Assembly (NCBI GenBank): GCA_964594835.1
Contig: CAZQNA010000004.1
Location: forward strand, 106,450 to 170,449
From: an uncultured Nitrososphaerota archaeon
Lineage (GTDB): Archaea; Korarchaeota; Korarchaeia; Korarchaeales; Korarchaeaceae
Length of the DNA stretch: 64,000 bases
Direction of reading: 5' to 3'
The notes under the pieces are model-generated. The model worked only from the letters and a program-made list of their open reading frames with translations. It had not been told where the DNA came from and ran no database searches. Both the position numbers and the translations under genes were made by a program. Positions 9,041-18,278 of this stretch are shown piece by piece. How positions within the stretch are numbered: position 1 is the stretch's first letter; every line of letters begins with the position of its first letter.

Positions 9041-10090
9041 ATGCCCAGGTTCCCCAACGTCTCCAAGAGGAGGCCCAGGCCCTGCGGCCTCACCATACAC
9101 CCTTCGCTGGGATGCAGCCTCGGGTGCGCCTACTGCTACCTCTGGGAGATGGGCCTGATGGTGCACTCTCCCGCCCCCAACCCGCTCCCCCCGGATCGGC
9201 TGGTGCGCGACCTGAGGAGGAACCCCTACTTCGTCGAGTCCAGGATGGGCACCTTCCTGGCGCTGGGGAGCCTCGGGGAGCCCTTTCTCACGCGAGAAAT
9301 AGCCGAGAAGACTCTGCGTTACCTGGACGCCCTGAAGACCCTGGGAAACCCGCTGCAGGTCTCGACGAAGTTACCTCCACCGGCGGACCCCAGGCTGGCC
9401 GACGTCAACGTCCTAGTCACGGTCGTGGCGTGGGACTCCCACGCGCTCCTAGAGCCTGGGGCGCCGCCCCCGTGGGACAGGATCCACTCCGCTGGGGAGC
9501 TCGCGGATGTCGGAGCCGCCCCGACGCTCTTCGTGAGGCCCATCATACCGGGCGTGACGCTCAGCGAGCTGCCCGAGATCCTAGACTGCGCCAGGGACGC
9601 GGGGATAGAGTCCGTTGTGTTCGGCTCGCTCAGGGCATCTCCAGAGGTACTCAAGAGGCTCAGGAGGGCCGGAGTCGACACGTCCGAGATAGAGCGAAGG
9701 CTGGGGAGGAGGCCGGCGCCGGGGGAGCAGCTCCACGTGCCCTCCTCGGACCTCAAGGCCCGGGCGATAGAGGAGGCGTGCAAGAGGGGCCTAATTCCGC
9801 TCGGCTCAGCCTGCTGCGCCAGCGCGCTGTCTCACGGCGTGCCCTGCTTTGACGTCAGGTGGCTGCACAGGATGTGCACCGGCTGCCCGAACGACTGCCA
9901 GACCAAGCTGCCCAGCGAGCGGGAGGTGCAGGGCGTCCTGGAGAGCTGGGGCGTCAGAGGGAGGGTGGCCGGCGACTCGGTGGTCCTTGAGCCGGAGTCG
10001 TGGAGGGCCCTTGGGAGACCCGGGAGACACAGGCTTGAGGTGCTGACGAGGAGGATCGTCGTGAGGGGTGGCGGGCCCGGCGGGACTTGA
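9041..10090 (+). CDS. radical SAM protein (SplB/Rv2578c-like)
   Basis: CSLGCAYC CxxxCxxC motif, EPF, QVSTK, RPIIPG, extra C-terminal Cys cluster; start set at ATG 9041. Confidence 0.85.
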   Translation: MPRFPNVSKRRPRPCGLTIHPSLGCSLGCAYCYLWEMGLMVHSPAPNPLPPDRLVRDLRRNPYFVESRMGTFLALGSLGEPFLTREIAEKTLRYLDALKTLGNPLQVSTKLPPPADPRLADVNVLVTVVAWDSHALLEPGAPPPWDRIHSAGELADVGAAPTLFVRPIIPGVTLSELPEILDCARDAGIESVVFGSLRASPEVLKRLRRAGVDTSEIERRLGRRPAPGEQLHVPSSDLKARAIEEACKRGLIPLGSACCASALSHGVPCFDVRWLHRMCTGCPNDCQTKLPSEREVQGVLESWGVRGRVAGDSVVLEPESWRALGRPGRHRLEVLTRRIVVRGGGPGGT

Positions 10091-10172
10091 ACCCGCGACC
10101 ACCGGCTCCGAAGGCCGGCGCTCTGATCCGTGCTGAGCTACGGGCCCCAGCCAGTGGGGGCGGGTCCAGTAT

Positions 10173-11387
10173 TTACCCTTCTCCCCTCCCCCTCACCAGC
10201 CGCCTCAGCCTCCCCCTGGCCGCGTACGCGGCAGCGCTCCCCAGGATGACGACCAGGAGGAGGACGACGGGCCAGACCTTTCCCCTGGAGAGGAGGTTTC
10301 CAATGTAGCCGAAGAGGGCTGCCCTAGGTATCAGGGCGACCAGGTTGGCGGCGAAGAAGTGGAGGGGGTTCATGCCGGTCAATCCGGCGGCGTACGAGAT
10401 AAGGTCTATCGGGCTGAAGGGGATCAGCCTGGCGATCACCACCGCCAGGGGCCCCCACCTCGCGAACCACCTGTCGACGGCGTCCAAGACCTCGCTCCTG
10501 AATGCCCTCTCGACGAACGGCCTGCCGGCCAGCCTGGCTATGTAGAAGTTGGCCATGGCCCCCAGGGCTGAGCCTATCCCGCCGACCACGCCCACAGTCC
10601 AGGCGTCCATCCCAAGGGCCCCCGCCGCCACCAGGATCGCGTCGGCGGGGATCGGGGAGATGACTGACTGCACGACCATCGCGAGTATCAGGCCCGAGGG
10701 CCCCCACCTCCTCACCCAGGACGTCACCCTCTCGGTGAGCTGGTCGTAGTAGAGGCGCCTCTCCAGCAGCACCCTGACGCTCCCGGCGTTGGCCACCACG
10801 ACCGGGACGGATATGGCCAGGGAGATCGTCGTCGGCTTGACCGTCTCCAGGGCCCTGGACGCCGCGAGGACTCCCGCCGCCGAGGCGGCCAGCGGGAGGA
10901 TCGAGTCCCACCCCACGCCGGACGCGAGGGCGACGGGGATGCCAGCCGCGGAGGACACTATCAGCGCCTCCCGCAGCCTCACCCCCATGGCAGTCAGGGC
11001 GGCGACGCTGACGCCAGATCCACCGAACCCGAGCATGCTCACTCCCTGTATTATGCCCGCCACGGCCCCCTCGACCACGCCCACCCGGGAGAACTCCGAG
11101 GTCTGGAGCAGCTCGAGCCTGGTCATCAGGGCGCCGGCGGCGGTTATGACGCCGAGCCCGAGGAGGGCGACGCCCCCCAGCACCCAGTCGGGCCTGAACC
11201 CGAGCCTCACCCAGACGAGGGTGATGGCCATTGAGGTGACGAGCGCCGAGGCCTCCGCCGGGAGGAGTTCCCCGGACAGTACCAGCCTCGGGTCGACCAG
11301 CAGGCCGGCGACGGCCTGGGATCTCTGGGTCAGCTGAGCGGTCAGAGGGATCCACTCAAGCGCAGCGTCGATCAGTAGCCTCCACAT
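10173..11387 (-). CDS. membrane protein with N-terminal UppP/BacA-like region and C-terminal DedA/VTT (TVP38) domain
   Basis: C-terminal SPIPAD, NFYIARLAGR, ARLIPFSPIDLISYAAGLT (DedA); N-terminal LEWIPLT and GIIQGVSMLGFGGSGVSV resemble BacA motifs. Confidence 0.75.
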   Translation of the reverse strand: MWRLLIDAALEWIPLTAQLTQRSQAVAGLLVDPRLVLSGELLPAEASALVTSMAITLVWVRLGFRPDWVLGGVALLGLGVITAAGALMTRLELLQTSEFSRVGVVEGAVAGIIQGVSMLGFGGSGVSVAALTAMGVRLREALIVSSAAGIPVALASGVGWDSILPLAASAAGVLAASRALETVKPTTISLAISVPVVVANAGSVRVLLERRLYYDQLTERVTSWVRRWGPSGLILAMVVQSVISPIPADAILVAAGALGMDAWTVGVVGGIGSALGAMANFYIARLAGRPFVERAFRSEVLDAVDRWFARWGPLAVVIARLIPFSPIDLISYAAGLTGMNPLHFFAANLVALIPRAALFGYIGNLLSRGKVWPVVLLLVVILGSAAAYAARGRLRRLVRGRGEG

Positions 11388-11444
11388 TCCCGTCGCGGGA
11401 GATCGGCAACCTACTTAAGATCATGCGCGGCGGGCTCAGAGGAA

Positions 11445-12245
11445 ATGCCCCTGAAGTTCGGCGCCATGAACAATCCTGCCAACGACGTGCTCGACGACGT
11501 CAGGGCTCTCCTGAGCCTTGACCTAGACTACATTGAGCTGACGGTGGAGTGGCCCGGCGCTGGGCTGGACAGGGTGAGGGAGGCCGCCCGCGAGATATCC
11601 GACATCCTGTCGACGGCCGACCTGGACGTGGTGCTCCACGCCCCCTGGTACCTAGAGATAGCCAGCCCGTACGAGGGGGTGAGGGAGGGGGCTATGAGGT
11701 ACGCCGAGGATCTCCTGACCCTGGCCGCGGAGCTGGACGCGCCATTCCTGACGATACACCCGTACACGCCCGGCTGGCTCTCTAGGTACAGGGAAGAGGC
11801 CAGGAGGCTCAACCTCGAGGCCATGAGGAGGCTGTCGGCCAAGGGCCTAGAGGTCGGGGTCAGGGTCCACGTGGAGAACGTGGACCACGGCGCCTTCAGC
11901 TCGGTCTCCGACATTCTCTACCTCCTGGGCGCCCTCCCGGAGCTGGGGTTCACGCTGGACCTGGGCCACGCTTTCTTGGGTGGGGTGGAGAAGGTCCAGT
12001 CCTACATCGAGAAGGCGGCGAGCAGGATACTGCACGTCCACGCCCACGACAACCACGGCAAGGGGGACGACCACATGCCCATCGGCGCCGGGAGGCTCCC
12101 CTGGGACAGGGTGCTCGCCCTCCTCAGGGGGACAGGTTACGAGGGGACGGTCACGCTGGAGATACACTCCAGCGACTTGGAGTACGTGGAGATATCGAGG
12201 AGGAAGTTCCTGGAGCACTGGGAGGCGGGGGGTGAGCGGGGCTGA
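11445..12245 (+). CDS. sugar phosphate isomerase/epimerase (AP endonuclease family 2 TIM barrel)
   Basis: HAP, VENV, TLDLGH, HVHAHDN, DDHMPIG, TLEI. Confidence 0.88.
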   Translation: MPLKFGAMNNPANDVLDDVRALLSLDLDYIELTVEWPGAGLDRVREAAREISDILSTADLDVVLHAPWYLEIASPYEGVREGAMRYAEDLLTLAAELDAPFLTIHPYTPGWLSRYREEARRLNLEAMRRLSAKGLEVGVRVHVENVDHGAFSSVSDILYLLGALPELGFTLDLGHAFLGGVEKVQSYIEKAASRILHVHAHDNHGKGDDHMPIGAGRLPWDRVLALLRGTGYEGTVTLEIHSSDLEYVEISRRKFLEHWEAGGERG

Positions 12246-12256
12246 GGATCGATAGG

Positions 12257-13084
12257 GTGGCATTCGTGGCCTCTAGGGTCGATCCGGCTGCCAACCTGAT
12301 GGCGGAGGAGCTCCTGGCAGAGGTGGGGGACGAGGAGTTCAGGGTGGGCCGAGTGAGGGCCTGGCTCTCTCGCCCCGACGGGGAGGTCCTAAACGTCAGG
12401 AGCGAGGGCGAGCTGGGGGCCGACGGGGCGGACCTGATCGTCATACTGTCGAGGCACAGCGGGGTCCCGGGGACCCCCGTGGTGACCACGCACGTGCCGG
12501 GCAACTTCGGGCCCGCGCCCTTTGGCGGGGAGCCCGAGACCCTCTCGACGGCCTGCCCCCCATTCATGAAGGAGTTCCTCCGTGCGGCGGCCAGCGGGGC
12601 CCGGGAGATCGGGTTCGAGCCCGCCCAGGAGCCCACGCACCACGGCCCCACCCTGGGCACCCCGCTGGCGTTCGTCGAGGTGGGGTCCAGGCCGGAGCAC
12701 TGGGAGGTGAGGGAGGCGGCCAGGGTGGTCGTCAGGGCGTCTCTGGAGGCGCTCAGGAGGCTGGGCGAGCTGGGATCGGAGGGGGAGTCTGGGGGGTACA
12801 CCCTGGCGGTGGGGTTCGGCGGTCCCCACATAAACCGCTACTTCACGGAGATCCAGATGAGGTCCTCCTACCTCGCCGTCGGGCACATACTCAGGAGACA
12901 CGACGCGGCAGCCGCCACGGAGAGGACGATAGCCCTGGCCTTCGAGAGGAACTGCGGGCGGACAGACACAGCCATCGTCGACTGGAAGGGGCTCAGGGGT
13001 GAGGAGAGGTCCAGGATACTGGAGGTGCTGAGGGACCTCGGGGTGACCGTTCTGAGGGCGAGGAAGGTTGCCCACTCGCTCTGA
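12257..13084 (+). CDS. dtdA: D-aminoacyl-tRNA deacylase (archaeal DTD2)
   Basis: LSRHS, THVPGN, EPTHHGPT, FVEVGS, GFGGPH, DWKG; a CTG start at 12242 is possible. Confidence 0.9.
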   Translation: MAFVASRVDPAANLMAEELLAEVGDEEFRVGRVRAWLSRPDGEVLNVRSEGELGADGADLIVILSRHSGVPGTPVVTTHVPGNFGPAPFGGEPETLSTACPPFMKEFLRAAASGAREIGFEPAQEPTHHGPTLGTPLAFVEVGSRPEHWEVREAARVVVRASLEALRRLGELGSEGESGGYTLAVGFGGPHINRYFTEIQMRSSYLAVGHILRRHDAAAATERTIALAFERNCGRTDTAIVDWKGLRGEERSRILEVLRDLGVTVLRARKVAHSL

Positions 13085-13478
13085 CCCCAGGGTGGGGCGC
13101 CTCCCCGATCGCGGGGGGAGGCCGGGCCCGAGGTACAAGACCCTCTTCATGTTCGACCGGACCGTCCCCAGGGACCTCTACTACTCCGTTCAGAGGAGGC
13201 TCAACTACATGGGCTACGGGGCCGTCTGGGCCCCGAGGTCGGCGGTCAGGGGCAAGAGGAGCCCGGAGGAGCTGGTGGACTACTGCCTCCACAGGGGCAT
13301 ATTGGTCCTGGCCACCTTCGACAGGAGGGCCCGGCTGCCCGAGCGGGCCAGGGGCAGGCTGGCCCTGCTTAGGCTGAGGGGCGGGAGGTCCTGCACCGTC
13401 AACAAGATAGTGGCCAGCATCTTCGCGGCGGCGAGGGACCTCAGGGGCACTCCGTCAAGCGAGAGGCTGGACTGCTGA
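13068..13478 (+). CDS. PIN-like (DUF5615/Mut7-C-like) protein
   Basis: FMFDRTV..LNYMGY..EELVDYC..LATFDRR pattern; start uncertain. Confidence 0.55.
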   Translation: MPTRSDPRVGRLPDRGGRPGPRYKTLFMFDRTVPRDLYYSVQRRLNYMGYGAVWAPRSAVRGKRSPEELVDYCLHRGILVLATFDRRARLPERARGRLALLRLRGGRSCTVNKIVASIFAAARDLRGTPSSERLDC

Positions 13479-13552
13479 GGAGGACGGCGACCGGGGCACC
13501 GAACTTATATATTGTGTCCCCGAGGCGGCCGAGAGGAGGGGAAGGAGGGCCG

Positions 13553-13870
13553 GTGTTCGGCTCTAGGTCGTCGGCTGAGGAGGACTCACAGGTCTCGGAG
13601 AAGGAGGTTCGCGTAGTCAGACTGGTTCTCGACATCGTCAAACCCCACAACCCAACGATAATCGAGCTCGCAGAGGCTCTGAACGAGCTGCCCGGCGTCT
13701 TCAAGGTGGAGATCGACGTCCAGGACTACGACACCAACATCGAGCGCCTGAAGGTCATACTGGAGGGGGAGGACCTGGACTACGAGGAGATAAGCAGGGT
13801 GGTCAAGTACTACGGCGGGAACATCGCCAGCCTGGACGGGGTGACCTCCACCTCGGAGGAGTCCGATTAG
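13553..13870 (+). CDS. DUF211 family protein
   Basis: RLVLDIVKPHNPTIIELAEAL..EGEDLDYEEI..GGNIASLD; GTG 13553 follows GGAGG. Confidence 0.85.
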   Translation: MFGSRSSAEEDSQVSEKEVRVVRLVLDIVKPHNPTIIELAEALNELPGVFKVEIDVQDYDTNIERLKVILEGEDLDYEEISRVVKYYGGNIASLDGVTSTSEESD

Positions 13871-13932
13871 GCCGCTCGAGCCCTGTCCCGCCAGAACTCC
13901 TTATAACCCGCCGCGCCGCCGGCGGCGCCGAG

Positions 13933-15264
13933 ATGGGGAGCCCAGCCAGGGTGTACATCGAGACCCACGGCTGCACGGCCAACAGGGCGGACTCCGACGT
14001 GATGGCCGCCCTGCTCCAGGGGGCGGGCTACGAGCTGGTGGGCTCCCCCGAGGAGGCCGACGTGATCGTCCTCAACACGTGCAACGTGAAGAAGCCGACG
14101 GAGGACAGGATGGCGCACAGGATCTCCCGACTGGCTGAGCTCGGCAGGCCCGTGGTGGCCGCGGGCTGCATGGCGCTGACCCAGCCCTCGAGGCTAAGGG
14201 ATCACGCCACAGTACTCCTGGGGCCGAAGTCCATTCACAGGATAGTGGAGGCGGTTGACCTAGCGAGGAGGGGCTCGAGGGCGGAGTTCCGCGACACGTC
14301 CCCCATAGACAAGGCCGCCCTCCCGAGGAGGCTGGGGTCGGGCGTGTCGGCCCCCCTGCCGATAGCCGAGGGGTGCCTTGGGGCCTGCACCTTCTGCATA
14401 ACCAGGTTCGCCCGCGGGAGACTCAGGAGCTTCTCCCCCCGCCTCATAGTCGAGAGGGCCTCTGAGTTCCTCCGGGCGGGGGCGGTCGAGCTCCAGATAA
14501 CCGCCCAGGACACGGCCGCATACGGTCGGGACATAGGGTGGGACCTCCCGAGGCTCCTCAGGAGTCTCCTGGAGCTGCCGGGGGAGTACAGGGTCAGGGT
14601 GGGCATGGCGAACCCGAACACCCTGGCCAGGGTGGTGGACGACCTCCTGGGGGTCATGGGGGACCCCCGGGTCTACAGGTTCCTGCACGTCCCGGTCCAG
14701 AGCGGGAGCGACGAGGTTCTGAGGAGGATGGCCAGGGGCTACAGGGCGTCGCTCTTTGAGGAGATCGCCTCCAAGTTCCGGACTGCCTTCCGAGACACAA
14801 CGCTCGCCACCGACGTGATAGTGGGCTTCCCGGGGGAGACCGAGGACGACTTCGAGTCGACCCTGAGGCTGCTCGAGAGGACGAGGCCCGAGATCGTCAA
14901 CGTGAGCAGGTACGGACCCAGGCCCGGGACCCTCGCATCCAGGTGGAGGCCCCCAGACCCCAGGGAGGTCAAGAGGCGCAGCAGGACGCTCTTCTCCCTG
15001 GTCAGAGAGCTGGGCCTGAGGGCAAACGAGGCCTACGTGGGCAGGGAGCTCACGGCGCTCGCACTGGAGCGTGGCCCCAAGGGGTACCAGGGGAGGACTG
15101 ACTTCTACAGGCCCGTGGCCCTGCTCGGGGATGACGTGAGGCTCGGGGTCTTCTACGACGTCGTCGTCGAGGAGGCCAGACCCAGCTACTTGGTCGCCAG
15201 GGTGCTGGCCGCCAGGGAGCCTGCCGCCCCGACCGCGGGGGGAGCTCACTCGGTTGGGAAGTAG
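13933..15264 (+). CDS. mtaB: tRNA t6A37 methylthiotransferase (MiaB/MtaB family radical SAM)
   Basis: THGCTAN, NTCNVK, GCLGACTFC, PVQSGS, IVGFPGET, C-terminal TRAM-like domain. Confidence 0.9.
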   Translation: MGSPARVYIETHGCTANRADSDVMAALLQGAGYELVGSPEEADVIVLNTCNVKKPTEDRMAHRISRLAELGRPVVAAGCMALTQPSRLRDHATVLLGPKSIHRIVEAVDLARRGSRAEFRDTSPIDKAALPRRLGSGVSAPLPIAEGCLGACTFCITRFARGRLRSFSPRLIVERASEFLRAGAVELQITAQDTAAYGRDIGWDLPRLLRSLLELPGEYRVRVGMANPNTLARVVDDLLGVMGDPRVYRFLHVPVQSGSDEVLRRMARGYRASLFEEIASKFRTAFRDTTLATDVIVGFPGETEDDFESTLRLLERTRPEIVNVSRYGPRPGTLASRWRPPDPREVKRRSRTLFSLVRELGLRANEAYVGRELTALALERGPKGYQGRTDFYRPVALLGDDVRLGVFYDVVVEEARPSYLVARVLAAREPAAPTAGGAHSVGK

Positions 15265-16340
15265 TCGTATATGGGCCACTGGGCCGGCCTGAACCCCTCC
15301 GCGGCCTCCGGCTCCTTGAGCACGAGGACGTAGAGGTTGCTGGAGTAGCCGACGACCCTGTCCGCGAGTTCGGGCCTGCCCATCTCCTGGGCGACCTCCT
15401 CTGCCAGCCAGTATATCGGGCTGTCCCTTGCCACCACGTATCGGTTCAGTCCCACGACCACCCTCTCAACCGCGAAGCCCATCTCACCGAAGCTCCTGAA
15501 CACCCGGCTCATGTGAGAGCCGAGCTCGTCGGGCAGCAGGCAGACGTACCCCCTCCTCCCCCTCTCCTTCACCAGGGCCTCCCAGCCCCTCAGGGTGAAG
15601 GTCTGGACGCCCGGGAGCGTGTACGTGGGGTCCGCCAAGAAGACGTCGTGCCGATCCCTGAGCCCCTTGGGGATCGGCCTGGTCAGGTCGTGCCTGACGA
15701 CCCTGATGTCCAGCCCCCTCTCCCTCGCCAGGTCCTCTATCCTCCTGATCACCCTCTCGTCTAGCTCGAAGACCGTCACCCTGACGTCGAAGCTGCTGGC
15801 GAGGACCAGGCTCTGAAAGTCGTCGTCTCCCATGATCGCCACGCTCTTCCCGTCCAGGGGAACGTCCGAGGCCACCTCACTCAGCCTCCTGAGGAGGCTC
15901 TCCCTAGACACCTGGAGCTGGTCGAACTCGTAGTTGACCTCTATCCTGGGCACGAGTTCGACGGCGGACTCGTCCGGCGCCTGCCTGCCGAACGGGTTGA
16001 CCCTGAACCTCACCCCACCGTCGTCGTCAACCTCGGCCAGGCCGGACTCCTCCAGGGCCCTCGCCAGGTTAAGGGCCCTCTCGGGTATCAGGGGCCCCTC
16101 CCTCACGAGCCTGTCCAGGCGACCGAGCCTGAAGAGCCGGTACGCCAGGACCTCGAACTCGAAGGGAGACAGTCTGTGGACCCTCTCCCAGGACACCCTG
16201 CCCTCCTCGGGGGACTTCCTCCCGTAGACTGTGCCGGCCGCCTTGACCGTGGACTCCAGGTCGTACTTGGAGAAGAGCAGGAAGGCCCTCCTCAGCGCCT
16301 CCCGGCCAGGCGGGTGACCCCCATCCAACCGCCCACTCAT
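15246..16340 (-). CDS. bpsA: branched-chain polyamine synthase (BpsA/DUF43 aminopropyltransferase)
   Basis: EFDQ, IMGDDDFQSL, ELDERVI, HDL, DPTYT..G..F motifs of the DUF43 family. Confidence 0.82.
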   Translation of the reverse strand: MSGRLDGGHPPGREALRRAFLLFSKYDLESTVKAAGTVYGRKSPEEGRVSWERVHRLSPFEFEVLAYRLFRLGRLDRLVREGPLIPERALNLARALEESGLAEVDDDGGVRFRVNPFGRQAPDESAVELVPRIEVNYEFDQLQVSRESLLRRLSEVASDVPLDGKSVAIMGDDDFQSLVLASSFDVRVTVFELDERVIRRIEDLARERGLDIRVVRHDLTRPIPKGLRDRHDVFLADPTYTLPGVQTFTLRGWEALVKERGRRGYVCLLPDELGSHMSRVFRSFGEMGFAVERVVVGLNRYVVARDSPIYWLAEEVAQEMGRPELADRVVGYSSNLYVLVLKEPEAAEGFRPAQWPIYDYFPTE

Positions 16341-16708
16341 CTCCCCTGTCTTTCTCGGGCCCTGCCGGTCTTTATCTCGACGACGCTGTCGTTCTCTGGT
16401 CTAAGCCTCTCTCTCAGGAACTCCAGGGCCCTCTCCTGCCAGTCCGACCTCCCGGGGGCGAAGTCGACTATGTTCACCGTGGCGTAGTCGTGCTCGGGCC
16501 AGGTGTGAAGGGCGACGTAGCCCCTCTCAGTGAGCAGGAGGGAGCTAACGCCGTAGGGCTCGAACTCGTGCACGTGAAGGGCCTTGACCTCGAGCCCGAG
16601 AGCCCTCGCGAGGTCCCTCAGCATGGACTCCATCAGGGCGGGGGAGTCGAGCGCCTCGGACTCCCCCACGTTGTAGAACTCCACAATCACGTGGCTCTCC
16701 AGCGACAT
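16337..16708 (-). CDS. S-adenosylmethionine decarboxylase-like protein lacking the pyruvoyl-forming Ser
   Basis: HVIVEFY, FEPYGVS and HTWPEHDYA are present, but ESH is replaced by RGY and TCG by DFA. Confidence 0.85.
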   Translation of the reverse strand: MSLESHVIVEFYNVGESEALDSPALMESMLRDLARALGLEVKALHVHEFEPYGVSSLLLTERGYVALHTWPEHDYATVNIVDFAPGRSDWQERALEFLRERLRPENDSVVEIKTGRARERQGR

Positions 16709-16755
16709 CCCGTTTTACCGGATCTCTCGCCCTAAAAAAGGCTCGGGGGCGGGGT

Positions 16756-17421
16756 CTACAGCCCCGCGGAGGAGCCGGGGGACAGCTCGATGACCTCGAC
16801 GTCCAGCCCCCTGGCCTTGACCTCCTCTCTGAGCTGACCTGGGGTTCCCCATAGGACGGGGAACGTCCCGTAGTGAATCGGCAGGACCCGCGGGCTCCCC
16901 AGCATCTCCAGCGCCTTACCGGCCTCCCTCGGACCCATGGTGAAGTGGCCGCCTATCGGGAGGATGGCGAGCTCCGGGGAGTAGAGCTCTCCGATGAGGC
17001 TCATCCCCGGGAAGATCCCAGTGTCCCCCGCGTGGTACACCGTGAGCCCGTCGGGGAACTTCACCACGGCCCCCGTGGGGGCCCCGAGCGGGGAGCTGTG
17101 GAGAGCCTCGGTCAGGACTACCTCGACGTCCCCGACCTTGAAGGGCCCGCCTATGTTCGCCCCGACCGCGTCGGCCCCCCTCTCCGAGGCGTGGTTCGCC
17201 AGCTCGAATATCCCCACGACCTTGCCGCCCCTCTCCTTGGAGAGCCTTATCGCGTCTTCGAGCCCGTGATCTCCGTGTCCGTGCGTGACGACGTACGCCA
17301 ACACGTCCCCCGGCACCTCTACGCCCCTCGGATACGCCGGGTTGTCCCTTATCCACGGGTCGAACAGGACCCTGACGCCCCCGGACTCGACCAGGACGTT
17401 AGCGTGGCCTAGGAATGCCAC
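16756..17421 (-). CDS. metal-dependent hydrolase (UPF0173, MBL fold)
   Basis: LGHA, THGHGDH, ALHSS, YHAGDTG, PIGGHFTM, PIHYGTF; a CTG start at 17430 is possible. Confidence 0.92.
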   Translation of the reverse strand: MAFLGHANVLVESGGVRVLFDPWIRDNPAYPRGVEVPGDVLAYVVTHGHGDHGLEDAIRLSKERGGKVVGIFELANHASERGADAVGANIGGPFKVGDVEVVLTEALHSSPLGAPTGAVVKFPDGLTVYHAGDTGIFPGMSLIGELYSPELAILPIGGHFTMGPREAGKALEMLGSPRVLPIHYGTFPVLWGTPGQLREEVKARGLDVEVIELSPGSSAGL

Positions 17422-17477
17422 CCTACCCAGGACCCATCACCCCCCGGGCCCCTCCAGACCCCAAATTTAATCGAGAC

Positions 17478-18101
17478 TCAGCGGTCCCCGCGTTTCAGGA
17501 GCGAGAGGAGTGCGGAGACGATGCCCAGCCTAACCTCGGGGTCCCGCTCCCTGGGGAGCAGGCTGGCCAGCTCGGAGGTCACCCTGTCCCTTAGGTCCCC
17601 CCGCGACGCCGCGATCCCCCACAGGCTGCCCAGCGCCGCGAGGCGGACCCTCCTGACCTCTCTCCCCGTCCTCAGCACCTCAAGGAGCTTATCCAGCGCG
17701 GCCTCCTCTCCCCCCTCCGCGAGCGCCCCCAGGACCTTTACGGCCGCGACCCTCAGGTCTGGCTCCACGCGATCGAGCCATCGGAGGGCGGATCTTAGGG
17801 CCTCCCCCCCGGCCCGGGGAGCAGAGTCCACGAGCAGGACCGTGGCGGCCGCCCTAAGCCCCCGTTCCCAACCCTCGAACTCCTCGTCCACGATCCTCGA
17901 CAGGTCCTCCCAGCCCGAGAGATACGCCAGGCATAGCCTGGCGAAGGACTCGCCACCGGCCGTTCTGGCCCTGGGGACCTCCCCCCTGGAGACGGCCCGA
18001 GCTATCTCCGACAGCTCCTCCACGTCGACCGTCTCTCCGTCGCTCGCCGACGCGGCTTCGGCCGCGAGGCGTAGGATTTCGGCGAGGCTCTCGTCGCTCA
18101 A
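17478..18101 (-). CDS. HEAT-repeat-like helical protein
   Basis: repeated DLRVAAVKVLG / RVRLAALGSL / DPEVRLGIVSAL units. Confidence 0.6.
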   Translation of the reverse strand: MSDESLAEILRLAAEAASASDGETVDVEELSEIARAVSRGEVPRARTAGGESFARLCLAYLSGWEDLSRIVDEEFEGWERGLRAAATVLLVDSAPRAGGEALRSALRWLDRVEPDLRVAAVKVLGALAEGGEEAALDKLLEVLRTGREVRRVRLAALGSLWGIAASRGDLRDRVTSELASLLPRERDPEVRLGIVSALLSLLKRGDR

Positions 18102-18278
18102 GTCGCTCCCTCCAAAAAACTCTTAACGGTGATGATGGGAAAATACGATCTCTCAGAGGTCAACTCGGCGCCATGGAGTGTCAAAAGGCCCGACAGACTT
18201 TAATTACTTATCGCGGGGGGATAGTGGAAATCGGCCCGCCACCCGCTCAGACCGGCGGGCGGAGGGAGTTGGGGAGAT

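Noticed and set aside
18129-18195. C/D box sRNA starting at GTGATGA
   Set aside because: No properly spaced CTGA D box or C'/D' pair; more likely promoter sequence.
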